Shown piece after piece: positions 39,338 through 49,089 of a stretch of 64,000 bases of DNA. Below the pieces are notes generated by a model that was not told the origin of the DNA, did no database searches, and saw nothing but the letters and a program-made list of their open reading frames with translations. Source of the stretch: Thermoprotei archaeon (GTDB lineage: Archaea; Thermoproteota; Thermoprotei; QMSL01); NCBI GenBank assembly GCA_003650925.1, contig QMSP01000003.1:19446-83445 (forward strand), read 5' to 3'. Within the stretch, counting starts at the first letter, position 1, and each line of letters opens with the position of its first letter. The translations under genes and the position numbers were made by a program.

Positions 39338-40573
39338 TTAGCAATACTTGACCTCTTGGAACTTAGCTCTAAAAGCTAGCACGTCCTTTCTAACCTTGAC
39401 TGGATCTTCCTGGTCTATTATCACCCTTCTAATCAGCGATGCCAACTCCTTCATGTGATGAACCTTCATACCCAATCTAGTTATCTCCTGAGTTCCTAGT
39501 CTTCCTCCATTATCAACTATTATATAGGCCTGCTCAAGCATCTTGGTCAGGGCATGATATTTTCTTCCCGTAAGCCTCTCAACTTCATCTATAAACACTA
39601 GGAGCTGATGTGAGGAGGTAAAGTCTTTCCTCTTGTACATCATTGGCACACCTTCCTCATCTAGAGCTCTACCCAGAGCTTTAGCATTCATGATTACTTG
39701 CTTCGCATATTCCCTACCATACTTTAAATGCTCACAGAGAGCGATGGCTAGTGCAGCTATTCTGTTAAAATGAGGATTATCCACCATTTTGAGCTTGAGG
39801 TTTTTAGACAGTATCTCGGCTAAGAGGTCATTGTTAGTGACTATGATGCCTCCTTGGGGGCCAAAGAAGGTCTTATGGGTACTTCCAAACAACACGTCAA
39901 CCCCTTCGCCTAGAGGGTCAGGCTGGAAAGCTCCTCCAGCTATTAGGCCTAGTACATGTGAGGCATCATATACTATTAGCGCCCCCACCTCATCACACGA
40001 CCTCTTAATTCTCCTTATATCATAGGGGAAAAGTATTGTCGATGCTCCCAGAATGACTAGTCTCGGCTTTTCACTGGCTATAAGCTCCTCAAGTTCCTCA
40101 TACTCTATGCATCCCTCCTCGTGATTAAAAGGTATAGGAGCCATTCGTAAATTGAAGTATTGAGGTAAGGACTGAGGCATATATCCTGGATATCCTCCTT
40201 TTCTCTCATCTATAGCCAGAATAAGGTCTCCTGGTCTGCAGAGGGATGCTAGCACTATTATTGCTGCATGATGGCCTGAAAGAGGCTCTGGAAAGGCGAA
40301 CTTAGCATTGAAAACCTTGCAGGCTAGTTCTCTGCACATTTCAACTATCTGGTCGATGTATCTAGTCCCCCTGTAGAAGTTCTCAGCCTGTATGGGGAAG
40401 TCAAAACACTCCTCTCTTCTAAGGGAATATCTATGGCCAAGATCTGATAGAAAGACTTGGCGAACAGCTTCACTGCTGATGTTCTCTGAGGGTATTAAGT
40501 TAATACACTGCTTAAGCCTCCACTCATCGTGAGCTCTTATCAATTGAATAAGTTCATCCTTAGGTTCATTCAT
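39338..40573 (-). CDS. glyA: Serine hydroxymethyltransferase.
   Basis: PLP-lysine motif GSTHKTFFGPQGG, typical of SHMT. 411 aa. Confidence 0.8.
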   Translation of the reverse strand: MNEPKDELIQLIRAHDEWRLKQCINLIPSENISSEAVRQVFLSDLGHRYSLRREECFDFPIQAENFYRGTRYIDQIVEMCRELACKVFNAKFAFPEPLSGHHAAIIVLASLCRPGDLILAIDERKGGYPGYMPQSLPQYFNLRMAPIPFNHEEGCIEYEELEELIASEKPRLVILGASTILFPYDIRRIKRSCDEVGALIVYDASHVLGLIAGGAFQPDPLGEGVDVLFGSTHKTFFGPQGGIIVTNNDLLAEILSKNLKLKMVDNPHFNRIAALAIALCEHLKYGREYAKQVIMNAKALGRALDEEGVPMMYKRKDFTSSHQLLVFIDEVERLTGRKYHALTKMLEQAYIIVDNGGRLGTQEITRLGMKVHHMKELASLIRRVIIDQEDPVKVRKDVLAFRAKFQEVKYC

Positions 40574-40858
40574 CAGTGATTAGTAGAGAGCACTATAGGC
40601 ATATTAGCTTTTAGATGCACAAGGATCAGCCCAGGAGGATTCTTCATCTGCTGGAGACCCAGCATCGAGGTCGGGACGCTCATCACTTCAATATAATTTC
40701 TCAAGTCTTAGTTTTATGAGGCTTTCTTCCCATTGAGCCATCATGAAGCCTTATCTTCAAGATAAGCGATAAAAGCTTGTTCCAATACGTTAGGCAAAAG
40801 ATGAAGAGGAAGACCTCACAGAGATACTAAGTGATACTGAGGGGGATGGCTTATATTC

Positions 40859-41014
40859 TCAGGGCTTAGGCCTTCTCCTAGCTCCCAGCAGTTCTTCGAC
40901 TATGTCAATGCATTCCTCTATCGTGGTTCTGACTCCTTCGTAGTCTCCTTCGTCAAGAAGAGATAGAGCATCTGATAATAGGTCTAACAGCTCCTTAAGT
41001 CTCTCCTCGCTCAT
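40859..41014 (-). CDS. Candidate acidic helical mini-protein (51 aa).
   Basis: Hand-translated MSEERLKELLDLLSDALSLLDEGDYEGVRTTIEECIDIVEELLGARRRPKP in the 550-bp gap between glyA and the epimerase gene. Confidence 0.2.
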   Translation of the reverse strand: MSEERLKELLDLLSDALSLLDEGDYEGVRTTIEECIDIVEELLGARRRPKP

Positions 41015-41124
41015 AGCGAGATAGATGTATGGGGAATCTCATTAGCTTTTTCCTTATAGTAGAGATTTAAACACTAAGGTCTTCGCATAGTCCCTGATCA
41101 GGATAGCGGTCCTGGCAGGCATGC

Positions 41125-42333
41125 ATGACGTCTCAGGATCATTCTAACAGAGAAACAAAGACGTATAAGCCTAACTTATATAGAGCTTATTCACGAGGTC
41201 GCAACATGAGCGGAAAAGTTCTGGTGACTGGGGGATGTGGCTTCATAGGCAGCTGGACTGTCGATCTCTTGATTGAAAAAGGTTATGATGTAGTAGTTCT
41301 TGACAACCTGGAGTGGCAAGTGCACAGAGGAAGAATGCCTGAATGGATCAATCCTAAGGCGTGTTATGTTTTTGGAGATCTGAGGGACTATAGGCTTCTG
41401 AGAGAGATAATAAGCGATGTGGATTACGTGATACATCTCGCTGCCTTAGTAGGCATAGGTCAGAGCATGTATGAGGTCGAGAGGTATACAGATGTCAATG
41501 TCAGAGGAACAGCTGCACTATTAGAATCTATCATAAATAGTAACAGCGATGTGAAGAAGGTTGTCGTGGCCTCTTCAATGAATGTTTATGGAGAGGGCAA
41601 ATATTACTGCGAGACATGTGGTGAGTATAAGGTTGTTCAGTCTAGAAGCCTTGAACAGTTGAGGAAGCGAATATGGAATCCTCTATGTCCTGATTGTGGT
41701 CAAGAACTTAAGCCTGTTCCAACTGATGAGAACAAGAGCCTCAACCCCCTTAGCATATATGCTTGGACAAAGCTTGCTCAAGAGCAGCTCTCCATGATCA
41801 TAGGTAGGGCTTATGGCATACCAGTTGTAGTTCTTAGATATTTTAATGTGTATGGACCGCGGCAATCTCTTTCGAACCCCTATGCGGGAGTGTGTGCAAT
41901 ATTCATATGTAGGCTTCTCAACGGAAAACCTCCATACATATTTGAGGATGGCGGCCAACTGAGGGATTTCGTATACGTCAAGGATGTAGCTGAAGCAAAC
42001 ATATTAGCCTTAGAGAGAAGAGCTTGTGACTACCAAGTGATAAACATAGGAACGAGCAAGCCTATATCCATATTGAGATTAGCTAAGGAGATAACGGCGA
42101 TACTCAAGGTTGACATAGAGCCTCATGTTACCTACAAATACAGAAAAGGAGACATAAGGCACTGCTTCGCTGATATAAGTAAGGCGGAGAAGCTTCTTGA
42201 TTGGAGGCCAAGAACAGCCATTAGAGAAGGTCTGAGAAGGCTCATAGAGTGGGCTTTGAAGGGCAAGTGGGAACTTATGGATAGGTTTGATAAAGTCTAC
42301 GAGGAGATGGAGAGGAAGGGCATTCTAATCTAG
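41125..42333 (+). CDS. NAD-dependent epimerase/dehydratase (extended SDR) carrying a Cys4 zinc-ribbon insertion.
   Basis: VLVTGGCGFIGSW Rossmann motif, SSMNVYGEG and YAWTK (YxxxK). About 50 extra residues with CETCG…CPDCG lie between the Ser and Tyr motifs. 402 aa versus the usual ~320. Confidence 0.65.
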   Translation: MTSQDHSNRETKTYKPNLYRAYSRGRNMSGKVLVTGGCGFIGSWTVDLLIEKGYDVVVLDNLEWQVHRGRMPEWINPKACYVFGDLRDYRLLREIISDVDYVIHLAALVGIGQSMYEVERYTDVNVRGTAALLESIINSNSDVKKVVVASSMNVYGEGKYYCETCGEYKVVQSRSLEQLRKRIWNPLCPDCGQELKPVPTDENKSLNPLSIYAWTKLAQEQLSMIIGRAYGIPVVVLRYFNVYGPRQSLSNPYAGVCAIFICRLLNGKPPYIFEDGGQLRDFVYVKDVAEANILALERRACDYQVINIGTSKPISILRLAKEITAILKVDIEPHVTYKYRKGDIRHCFADISKAEKLLDWRPRTAIREGLRRLIEWALKGKWELMDRFDKVYEEMERKGILI

Positions 42334-42363
42334 CTAATGGAAGCGATTTCAGTGAGAATGGTC

Positions 42364-43404
42364 TTAGTGAGATGCTGTTAGATGGCTCTTGATCCATGAG
42401 ATCGTCAACATCAGTCCCTCTCTAAGCTCAGTTCTTGGCTTCCATCCCAGCATGTTGACGATCTTGCTTATGTCGGGACATCTTCTCTTGGGATCGTCTG
42501 GACGTTGAGGCTTAAACACTATCTCCGAAGAACTCTTTGTAAGCTCCTTTATTATCCTAGCCAGCTCTAGAATACTTATCTCCCTGTTATTGCCTATGTT
42601 GAAGACCTCTCCTCTAGCCCTATTATCAGTCATCACAAGGATGTGGGCTTCAATGGTATCGACTATGTAGGTAAAGCTCCTCGTCTGAGAGCCATCTCCA
42701 TGTACGGTTATGGGCTGGCCCATGAGAGCTTGATATATGAACCTTGGAATAACCCTTGCATAGGCACCATCCCATCTTAATCTAGGGCCATAGCTGTTGA
42801 AGATTCTGGTTATCCTTACGTCAAGGGAGTACTCCCTATGATAAGCCATGCACATAGCCTCTGAGAGACGTTTGCTTTCATCATAGCATGATCTGGGACC
42901 TATGGGGTTGACTCTTCCCCAATACTTCTCAGGGGTTGGAATGTATTCATCCTCAGGATCACCATAGACCTCACTAGTACTGGTAAAGAGGAAGATGGCA
43001 TCATGTTTTCTCGCTATCTCCAACATATTATAGGTCCCCAAGGTGTTGGCTAGTATGGTCTCAACAGGATGCATCATGTAGTCTTCCGGGCTTGCTCTAG
43101 CAGCCATATGTATTACTACATCAGGCCTAAATTCAACTTCCTTAACTTTCTCAACAGGCTTGTTGATAAGCTTAAATCTGCCAGTTTTCATGAGATGGTC
43201 TATATAGTCTATTTTGCCAGTGGATAGATTGTCTATACACAAGATGTTGGAGCCCCATCTTATCAGCAGATCACACATCCAGCTGCCTATGAAGCCACAT
43301 CCCCCAGTTATCAAGATGTTCATCTCCTCAAATACATCTCTCACCTTCTCCAATCTTCTGTCTAGCTCATTAAGGCCTACCTCTACCTCATGCTCAAGTA
43401 CCAT
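42364..43404 (-). CDS. UDP-glucuronate decarboxylase (UDP-xylose synthase)-like SDR.
   Basis: ILITGGCGFIGSW, then STSEVYGDPE…YWGRVNPIGPRSCYDESKR closely matching the UXS/ArnA-decarboxylase signature. Confidence 0.7.
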   Translation of the reverse strand: MVLEHEVEVGLNELDRRLEKVRDVFEEMNILITGGCGFIGSWMCDLLIRWGSNILCIDNLSTGKIDYIDHLMKTGRFKLINKPVEKVKEVEFRPDVVIHMAARASPEDYMMHPVETILANTLGTYNMLEIARKHDAIFLFTSTSEVYGDPEDEYIPTPEKYWGRVNPIGPRSCYDESKRLSEAMCMAYHREYSLDVRITRIFNSYGPRLRWDGAYARVIPRFIYQALMGQPITVHGDGSQTRSFTYIVDTIEAHILVMTDNRARGEVFNIGNNREISILELARIIKELTKSSSEIVFKPQRPDDPKRRCPDISKIVNMLGWKPRTELREGLMLTISWIKSHLTASH

Positions 43405-43488
43405 ATGACTTGACCTCCACTAGTCCTACTCTGGCCCTAATATTGACTAAGAGGTTAAGCTTAATAACCTCCTATTACTTCTGGTAAT

Positions 43489-44436
43489 ATGACTATGTTG
43501 AGAAAAATTCGCGTAAGAGCATATTGCAGCACAGCCAACCTAGGACCAGGCTTTGATGTATTAGCTCTAGCCCTTGATGCATTCTATGATGAAGTTGAGA
43601 TTGAGGTACTCAAGAAAGGTCTTCTTGAAGTGGATTTTGTAAATGTGGATAACATTCCAAGTGATCCAAGACAAAACACTGCGGGCTTAGCGGCCTTGAG
43701 CTTCATGAAGAGATTAGGGATCAAGGCTGGGGTCAGGATAAGAGTTTATAAAGGAGTGCCCATAGGCATGGGACTTGGCAGTAGTGGTGCTACAGCCGCT
43801 GCCACAGTGGTAGCTCTCGCAAAGCTCTTTGGAGTGAAACTAGACCATAATGAGTTAATCGAAATAGCTGCTCAAGGCGAGATAGCCTCAGCTGGTGCAC
43901 CTCATGCAGATAACGTCTCGGCCTCTGTGCTGGGAGGTTTTGTGCTCATAAGAAGCTATGAGCCACTAGATGTCATCCCACTGAGAGGTTCAAGCAGAGC
44001 TATTATAGTATTGGCCATGCCTCAAATCAAAGTACCAGCCAAGAAGACAGAGCTTGCAAGAAAAGTCCTTCCAAAGCACATCCCTCTCAAGCACATGGTT
44101 CATAATGTGGGCCATGCTGCGACAATAGTGGCTGGAATACTTCTGGATAGGCCAGATCTCATTGGAAGGGGTATGCATGATGTTGTTGTAGAGCCGGCCA
44201 GGGCTAAGCTGATACCAGCTTATCATAGGGTTAAAGAGTATGCCTTAAGGGCTGGAGCCTATGGTGTTGCCGTAAGCGGAGCTGGGCCAAGCATGATTGC
44301 TATAACAGATACTCGTGAAAAAGCAAGAGAAATAGCTAAAGCCATGGAGAGGGCCTATAGAGAGGAGGGCATTGATGTGAGGCTTCTCATAACAAGACCA
44401 GGCCCTCCTGCGCAGGTGATCATGAAGTCTTCCTGA
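43489..44436 (+). CDS. thrB: Homoserine kinase (GHMP kinase).
   Basis: GHMP ATP-binding motif PIGMGLGSSGA. 315 aa. Confidence 0.75.
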   Translation: MTMLRKIRVRAYCSTANLGPGFDVLALALDAFYDEVEIEVLKKGLLEVDFVNVDNIPSDPRQNTAGLAALSFMKRLGIKAGVRIRVYKGVPIGMGLGSSGATAAATVVALAKLFGVKLDHNELIEIAAQGEIASAGAPHADNVSASVLGGFVLIRSYEPLDVIPLRGSSRAIIVLAMPQIKVPAKKTELARKVLPKHIPLKHMVHNVGHAATIVAGILLDRPDLIGRGMHDVVVEPARAKLIPAYHRVKEYALRAGAYGVAVSGAGPSMIAITDTREKAREIAKAMERAYREEGIDVRLLITRPGPPAQVIMKSS

Positions 44437-45604
44437 GGGCATTGTCCAAATCTTCCTTTATCTCCTCTACATCTTCAAGTCCTACGTATAGTCTCACCAG
44501 CTCATCAGTTATGCCCAGCCTCATTCTCTCCTCAGGGGATAGGTCTTTATGACTTGAAGTGGCTGGATGGATTATGAGGCTTTCGCATCCTCCTAGACTG
44601 GGAGATGGCCTTATGACCTTGAGCTTTGTCATGAAGGAGAATACTCTTTCTTGGCCTCTAACCTTGAGTTCAAAGCTAACCACTCCTCCAAACCCCTTCA
44701 AGAGCTTAATCGCCACATCGTGAGTTGGATGATCAGGAAGGGCTGGATAATATACCTTTCCAACCTTAGGATGTTCATAGAGGAACTCTGCTATGGCGCG
44801 AGCACTTTCATTTATATGCTTCATACGAACATGAAGAGTCTTCAAGCCCCTGGCTGTTAAGTAAGCGCTGAAGGGGTCACATATTGTGCCCAATAGCCTT
44901 CTCCACTCCCAGATCTCATCAGTCATCCTATATTCACCAATTATAGCTCCTGCTACGACATCATTATGGCCAGCCAGGTACTTTGTGCAGCTGTGAACTA
45001 CTAAGTCAGCACCATGGTTTATAGGCATGAAGTTGCAGGGAGTGGTGAAGGTATTATCAACTATAACGATTGCTTCAACTTCATGAGCAGCTTTAATCAC
45101 CTCAGGTATATCCAGAACCCTTAGAAGGGGGTTGCTCATGGTCTCGAGGAACACTAAATCACATCCTCTGCCTATCTCATCAATGAGCTCTTCACTTGTA
45201 GGATAGACGAAATTGACTTTAGCGTCCATCATCGATGATAACATGCTTATGAGCTTTACCGTAGCACCATACAGCTCAAGAGGAGCTACTATCCTCAGTC
45301 CTCGCCGCATAAAGCTCATTAGGCAGGTCATTATAGCCGACATGCCTGATGATGTGAGAAGAGCGTCCTCACCTCCTTCGATTGAAGCTAGCTTCAGCTC
45401 ACAGGCTCTGACTGTGGGGTTATCTTCTCTACCATACTTGAAGTACTTATCCTTCCTTACCTCAATCTGGCTCTTGTCAGGTGGATATCTGTATATAGCG
45501 GAAGTGAATATTGGGGTTATGTAATTTCCGATCTGGGGAACTCTAAGCTCTCCGCTATGTATGGCCTTTGTCGCTAGTTTCCTAAAAATCCCAGCCTCAA
45601 ACAT
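44420..45604 (-). CDS. Cys/Met-metabolism PLP enzyme (cystathionine gamma-synthase or O-acylhomoserine sulfhydrylase family).
   Basis: PLP-lysine region HSCTKYLAGHND. The 394-aa length fits the family. Confidence 0.75.
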   Translation of the reverse strand: MFEAGIFRKLATKAIHSGELRVPQIGNYITPIFTSAIYRYPPDKSQIEVRKDKYFKYGREDNPTVRACELKLASIEGGEDALLTSSGMSAIMTCLMSFMRRGLRIVAPLELYGATVKLISMLSSMMDAKVNFVYPTSEELIDEIGRGCDLVFLETMSNPLLRVLDIPEVIKAAHEVEAIVIVDNTFTTPCNFMPINHGADLVVHSCTKYLAGHNDVVAGAIIGEYRMTDEIWEWRRLLGTICDPFSAYLTARGLKTLHVRMKHINESARAIAEFLYEHPKVGKVYYPALPDHPTHDVAIKLLKGFGGVVSFELKVRGQERVFSFMTKLKVIRPSPSLGGCESLIIHPATSSHKDLSPEERMRLGITDELVRLYVGLEDVEEIKEDLDNALRKTS

Positions 45605-45681
45605 TATGCCACCTCGCGGATATAGTTTTAGAAGACACCTTGAAAAGGTTGTCTGCTGCCTTAATATACTAAAATTTAAGG

Positions 45682-46728
45682 CTACACACTAAGATATTCA
45701 CATATGTTAATAGCCGCAAGCTCACCTTCATACATAGCCTTGCTTATTCTCCTCACACCTCCAGTTATGTCACCAGCAGCGAATAAACCCTTCACGGAGG
45801 TCATCATCATATTATCGACCTCTATGTATGTGTCCTTGACCTTGACTTTAAGTCTCTTAAGTGATTCAAGAAGATTAATACACGGCGTGAAGCCTATGCA
45901 GACTATAGCAACGTCTGCTGATATGTAGAGCTCCTCCTTGCCATCTCTTCGTCTAATAACGACTCCTTCCATCTTATTGTGGCCTACAAATTTTGTTACC
46001 ACATAAGGCAGAATAAGTTCGACCTTCCTTTTCAAGAGCTCCTTATACTTCATCTTACCTGCTCGTAGCTCAGTTCTTCTATGGACTAAGTACACCTTGT
46101 CTGCTTCTTTCGAGAGCATTAGAGCTAGGTCTACAGCGCTATTGCCTCCTCCTACAACAACTACTTTAAGGCCTCTAACCTTGAAGGGAGCTATGAAGCC
46201 GTGGTATACCCCCTTTAGGTCTTCACCTGGAACTCCAAGCCTCTTAGGAGCATAGCTACAGCCTATGGCTATGAGCACAGTCCTTGAGTGGTATGTATTT
46301 CCCTTAATGGTTTTTACCTCAAAGGACGATCCATGTTTCTCAACTGAGACTACTTCTTCTTTCTCCCTGAGTGTGATGTTGTTGTGCTCCTCTACCTCCT
46401 TTCTGAGGAGCTCCCCCAGCTTTATAGCAGGGCGGCCTGGCATAAGCGGGCTTTCAAGAGGTTTCCACGGATATAGCCAGTAAGGAGTACCTCCACAGTA
46501 CATTCTATCAAGGACAAGAACTTTTAGATCATGAAGAGCGCATAGAGTAGCAGCGCTTAGGCCAGCAGGCCCTCCACCAACTATAACTGTGTCATATTCA
46601 CTCTTACTCAATAAGAAGCCCCTCTCATAATGTGTAAAAGCCGCCCTTGATATATGTTTCGCTTGATTACCATTGGGCTTAGAGAATATGCACGACGGCC
46701 AGAAGGTCAGAAGGAGGTGTCCAATCAT
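45682..46728 (-). CDS. FAD/NAD(P)-binding pyridine-nucleotide oxidoreductase, TrxB-like but lacking the CxxC redox pair.
   Basis: VIVGGGPAGLSAA (FAD) and VVVGGGNSAVDLAL (NAD) motifs. No CxxC is seen in the NAD domain. Confidence 0.55.
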   Translation of the reverse strand: MIGHLLLTFWPSCIFSKPNGNQAKHISRAAFTHYERGFLLSKSEYDTVIVGGGPAGLSAATLCALHDLKVLVLDRMYCGGTPYWLYPWKPLESPLMPGRPAIKLGELLRKEVEEHNNITLREKEEVVSVEKHGSSFEVKTIKGNTYHSRTVLIAIGCSYAPKRLGVPGEDLKGVYHGFIAPFKVRGLKVVVVGGGNSAVDLALMLSKEADKVYLVHRRTELRAGKMKYKELLKRKVELILPYVVTKFVGHNKMEGVVIRRRDGKEELYISADVAIVCIGFTPCINLLESLKRLKVKVKDTYIEVDNMMMTSVKGLFAAGDITGGVRRISKAMYEGELAAINICEYLSV

Positions 46729-46996
46729 CTGTCATTCCGGAAACCTTTACATCATCCCACCATGTAGATTGCTTTACTGTACTCTTAAGCCTTTCTACAT
46801 CTATGTCAAGGGTATGATGAAAATTGTTGATAAGGCCGGGAGGACTCTGGCCTATTCATCCTCCCCCATGAGGGGGTGTCTTAGGCCATACCTCCGTAGT
46901 ATAGGCTATGGGGCTAGGACTTAAAGTTTACTATCCGCTTTCTCAAACGCTTTCTTCAATACTCACCTATGATCCTAGATAACAAAGGGGATTGAC

Positions 46997-47959
46997 TTGG
47001 AACAGCTAGAGATCAAACCCATGGAGGAGCGTTCTCTGATAGAGGAGATCTCGAGACTAGCTGAAGACGTTAGAGCATTGAGAAGAGAGCTGGACGAGGC
47101 CTTGAAGCTTCTTGAGAGGAGATTCAGTAGGTCACATCCCATAGTGGCTAAAGCTCTTAGGACTTTGCTTGAAGAGGTAAAACTTCCCAAGGTTCCTGAG
47201 GAGGAATCTATTTTCAAGCTCAGGGAGAGCCTCAGCCGATATCGAGAGGAACTAAGGAGATGTCTTGAGAGAATTACAAGGAAAGCCGAGGAACTGGATA
47301 AGCTTGCTATGACCTTGAATTTCCTAGAGAGGGAGAGTCCTTCACTTAAGCTATGGGCTGATGCGATCATGAAGCTGGATAGAGGACTCTATGAGAGGAC
47401 TCAGAACTTCTTCAAGAGGTTGGATGGCCTGAGACAGCTTAATAGCTATGATGCTGTACAGAAGGAAGCCTCAAGCCTCAGTGCAGAGCTGAGAATACTC
47501 ACAATGGCGTGCAAGGAGGTTCTTTACAAAAGATTATACGAGATAAGTAAGATGGCTAGCCTAGCCCTGAAGCTGTACTGCCAAGCGAAGAGTGTTGCCC
47601 CACTTGAGGTAAGAGGAGACATGGATAAAATAGCTAGTGAGGTCAGGCAGATACTGGACAAGATAAATGAGGCGAAAAACAACGCTCCTCACATCAGGCT
47701 CGACTTAGAAGCTATGAAGAGTTTATTGAGCAAGGCTATAGCTCTTTTCAAGGAGGTTCTAAGCGAAGGTATAGGAGATATGGAGAGTGAGATACTTAAA
47801 GCACTGGATAGGTGTGCAGCCAGGTCAAAGCCCGTCAAGCTACACATACTGGTAGCTCAATTATGTGCCATGACTAATAGGGCGCCGCAGGAAGTCTTGG
47901 ACACCATGCTGAAGCTTAGTAAAAAGAACTTAGTGGACATCAAGATCAAAATATCCTAG
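46997..47959 (+). CDS. Coiled-coil protein of unknown function.
   Basis: 320 aa rich in E/K/R/L heptad-like repeats. Confidence 0.4.
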   Translation: MEQLEIKPMEERSLIEEISRLAEDVRALRRELDEALKLLERRFSRSHPIVAKALRTLLEEVKLPKVPEEESIFKLRESLSRYREELRRCLERITRKAEELDKLAMTLNFLERESPSLKLWADAIMKLDRGLYERTQNFFKRLDGLRQLNSYDAVQKEASSLSAELRILTMACKEVLYKRLYEISKMASLALKLYCQAKSVAPLEVRGDMDKIASEVRQILDKINEAKNNAPHIRLDLEAMKSLLSKAIALFKEVLSEGIGDMESEILKALDRCAARSKPVKLHILVAQLCAMTNRAPQEVLDTMLKLSKKNLVDIKIKIS

Positions 47960-48033
47960 CCACATAGCTGTCAGCTGAGCTCTTGAGTAAGCCTTAATAC
48001 ACTCTCTTCACTAGACGAGATAGGAGCTTCGTC

Positions 48034-48666
48034 ATGAGGAGGAGGGTACGACGTGTATATATAGGAAGACACCTCATGGTTAAGGGAGAGTATGTAGATG
48101 CTATTCTAAAAGGCGAGAAGCGAGCTACCATAAGATTAGGCATTGTTATCCCAAAGTTTAGAGAGATAATACTTCATGGAGGAGGAAAAGTAATAGGCAA
48201 GGCTGTGATAGAGGAGGTCAAGCATAAAAGAGTGAAAGACCTCACGGATAATGATGCTATAGCTGATGGATTTTCAAGTAGACATGAGCTCATGAGGGAG
48301 TTAATACGATGCTATCCTGGGATAAGAAAAAGTGATTATGTTACAATCATAAGATTCAAACTAGTCGAGAAGGCCACTGAAGGAAGGGAGGATACCATGT
48401 ACATGGGGTTCAGCCCAGTAGACATAGCGAGGATTGCAATGCGCTACTCATTGCCCATAGGCGAAGGAGAGAGGCAAATTCTGGAGTTAGTGTCAAGGAC
48501 AGGAAGCATAAGAAGAGCCGCCCAAGAGCTTGGAGGTCTTGAGAAGAGGCGCATGATAAGAAGAGTTCTCAGAAAGGTTGTTAAACTTCTTGCAGAGAGG
48601 GGTATCATCAGGGCACCACTTGAAGGGAGGAATGAGGAAGCCTCAGGCCCCCTCATGAATAGGTGA
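48034..48666 (+). CDS. ASCH (PUA-like) domain protein with a C-terminal HTH-like tail.
   Basis: ASCH GxKxxExR motif (GEKRATIR) and a C-terminal …RQILELVSRTGSIRRAAQELGG…. Confidence 0.45.
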   Translation: MRRRVRRVYIGRHLMVKGEYVDAILKGEKRATIRLGIVIPKFREIILHGGGKVIGKAVIEEVKHKRVKDLTDNDAIADGFSSRHELMRELIRCYPGIRKSDYVTIIRFKLVEKATEGREDTMYMGFSPVDIARIAMRYSLPIGEGERQILELVSRTGSIRRAAQELGGLEKRRMIRRVLRKVVKLLAERGIIRAPLEGRNEEASGPLMNR

Positions 48667-48670
48667 TATT

Positions 48671-48988
48671 TCAGCTTAAGACTCTGACCAATACCTTCCT
48701 GGCAACTCCTACGCCCAAGATAATCTTCCATCCTCTAATGTGTCGTCTATCACTTGCACTCACGTCACTTTTATTGCGGAGCAACTCTACGACCACAGGA
48801 CCAGGTCTTGATGCATTCACAACTCTTACAAGAGCACCAGCTGAGAGACCCATCTCAGCAAGCCTACGCACAAGTCCTCTTCCCCCGCTTACACCTACTA
48901 TCTCAACTAAGGCTCCCTCTGGGGCTAGAGCAAGTGGTACTATAAGCTGCTTGCCTTCGCCAGCCTTCATTACTATCGCCTCCCTCAT
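48671..48988 (-). CDS. FeoA/DtxR-C-terminal-like SH3 domain protein.
   Basis: About 105 aa with …LAPEGALVEIVGVSGGRGLVRRLAEMGLSAGALVRVV… resembling the FeoA fold. Confidence 0.45.
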   Translation of the reverse strand: MREAIVMKAGEGKQLIVPLALAPEGALVEIVGVSGGRGLVRRLAEMGLSAGALVRVVNASRPGPVVVELLRNKSDVSASDRRHIRGWKIILGVGVARKVLVRVLS

Positions 48989-49022
48989 GTCTCTGCCTCC
49001 TCTTAGGCTAACCTAACTAGTT

Positions 49023-49038
49023 TAGGCTAGCCTAAATT
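49023..49038. promoter_or_regulatory. 16-bp perfect palindrome TTTAGGCTAGCCTAAA, a candidate operator or terminator.
   Basis: Seen directly. It lies between the DUF134 gene 3' end and the FeoA-like gene 5' end on the minus strand. Confidence 0.3.
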
Positions 49039-49089
49039 TACAATAGGAGGTTTATAAGGATAATTATGTGCTATGGCTCAAAATCTTCC

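Noticed and set aside
45682-46728. Possible thioredoxin reductase (trxB).
   Set aside because: FAD and NAD motifs are present, but the CxxC redox-active disulfide is absent. It was therefore kept as a generic pyridine-nucleotide oxidoreductase rather than TrxB.
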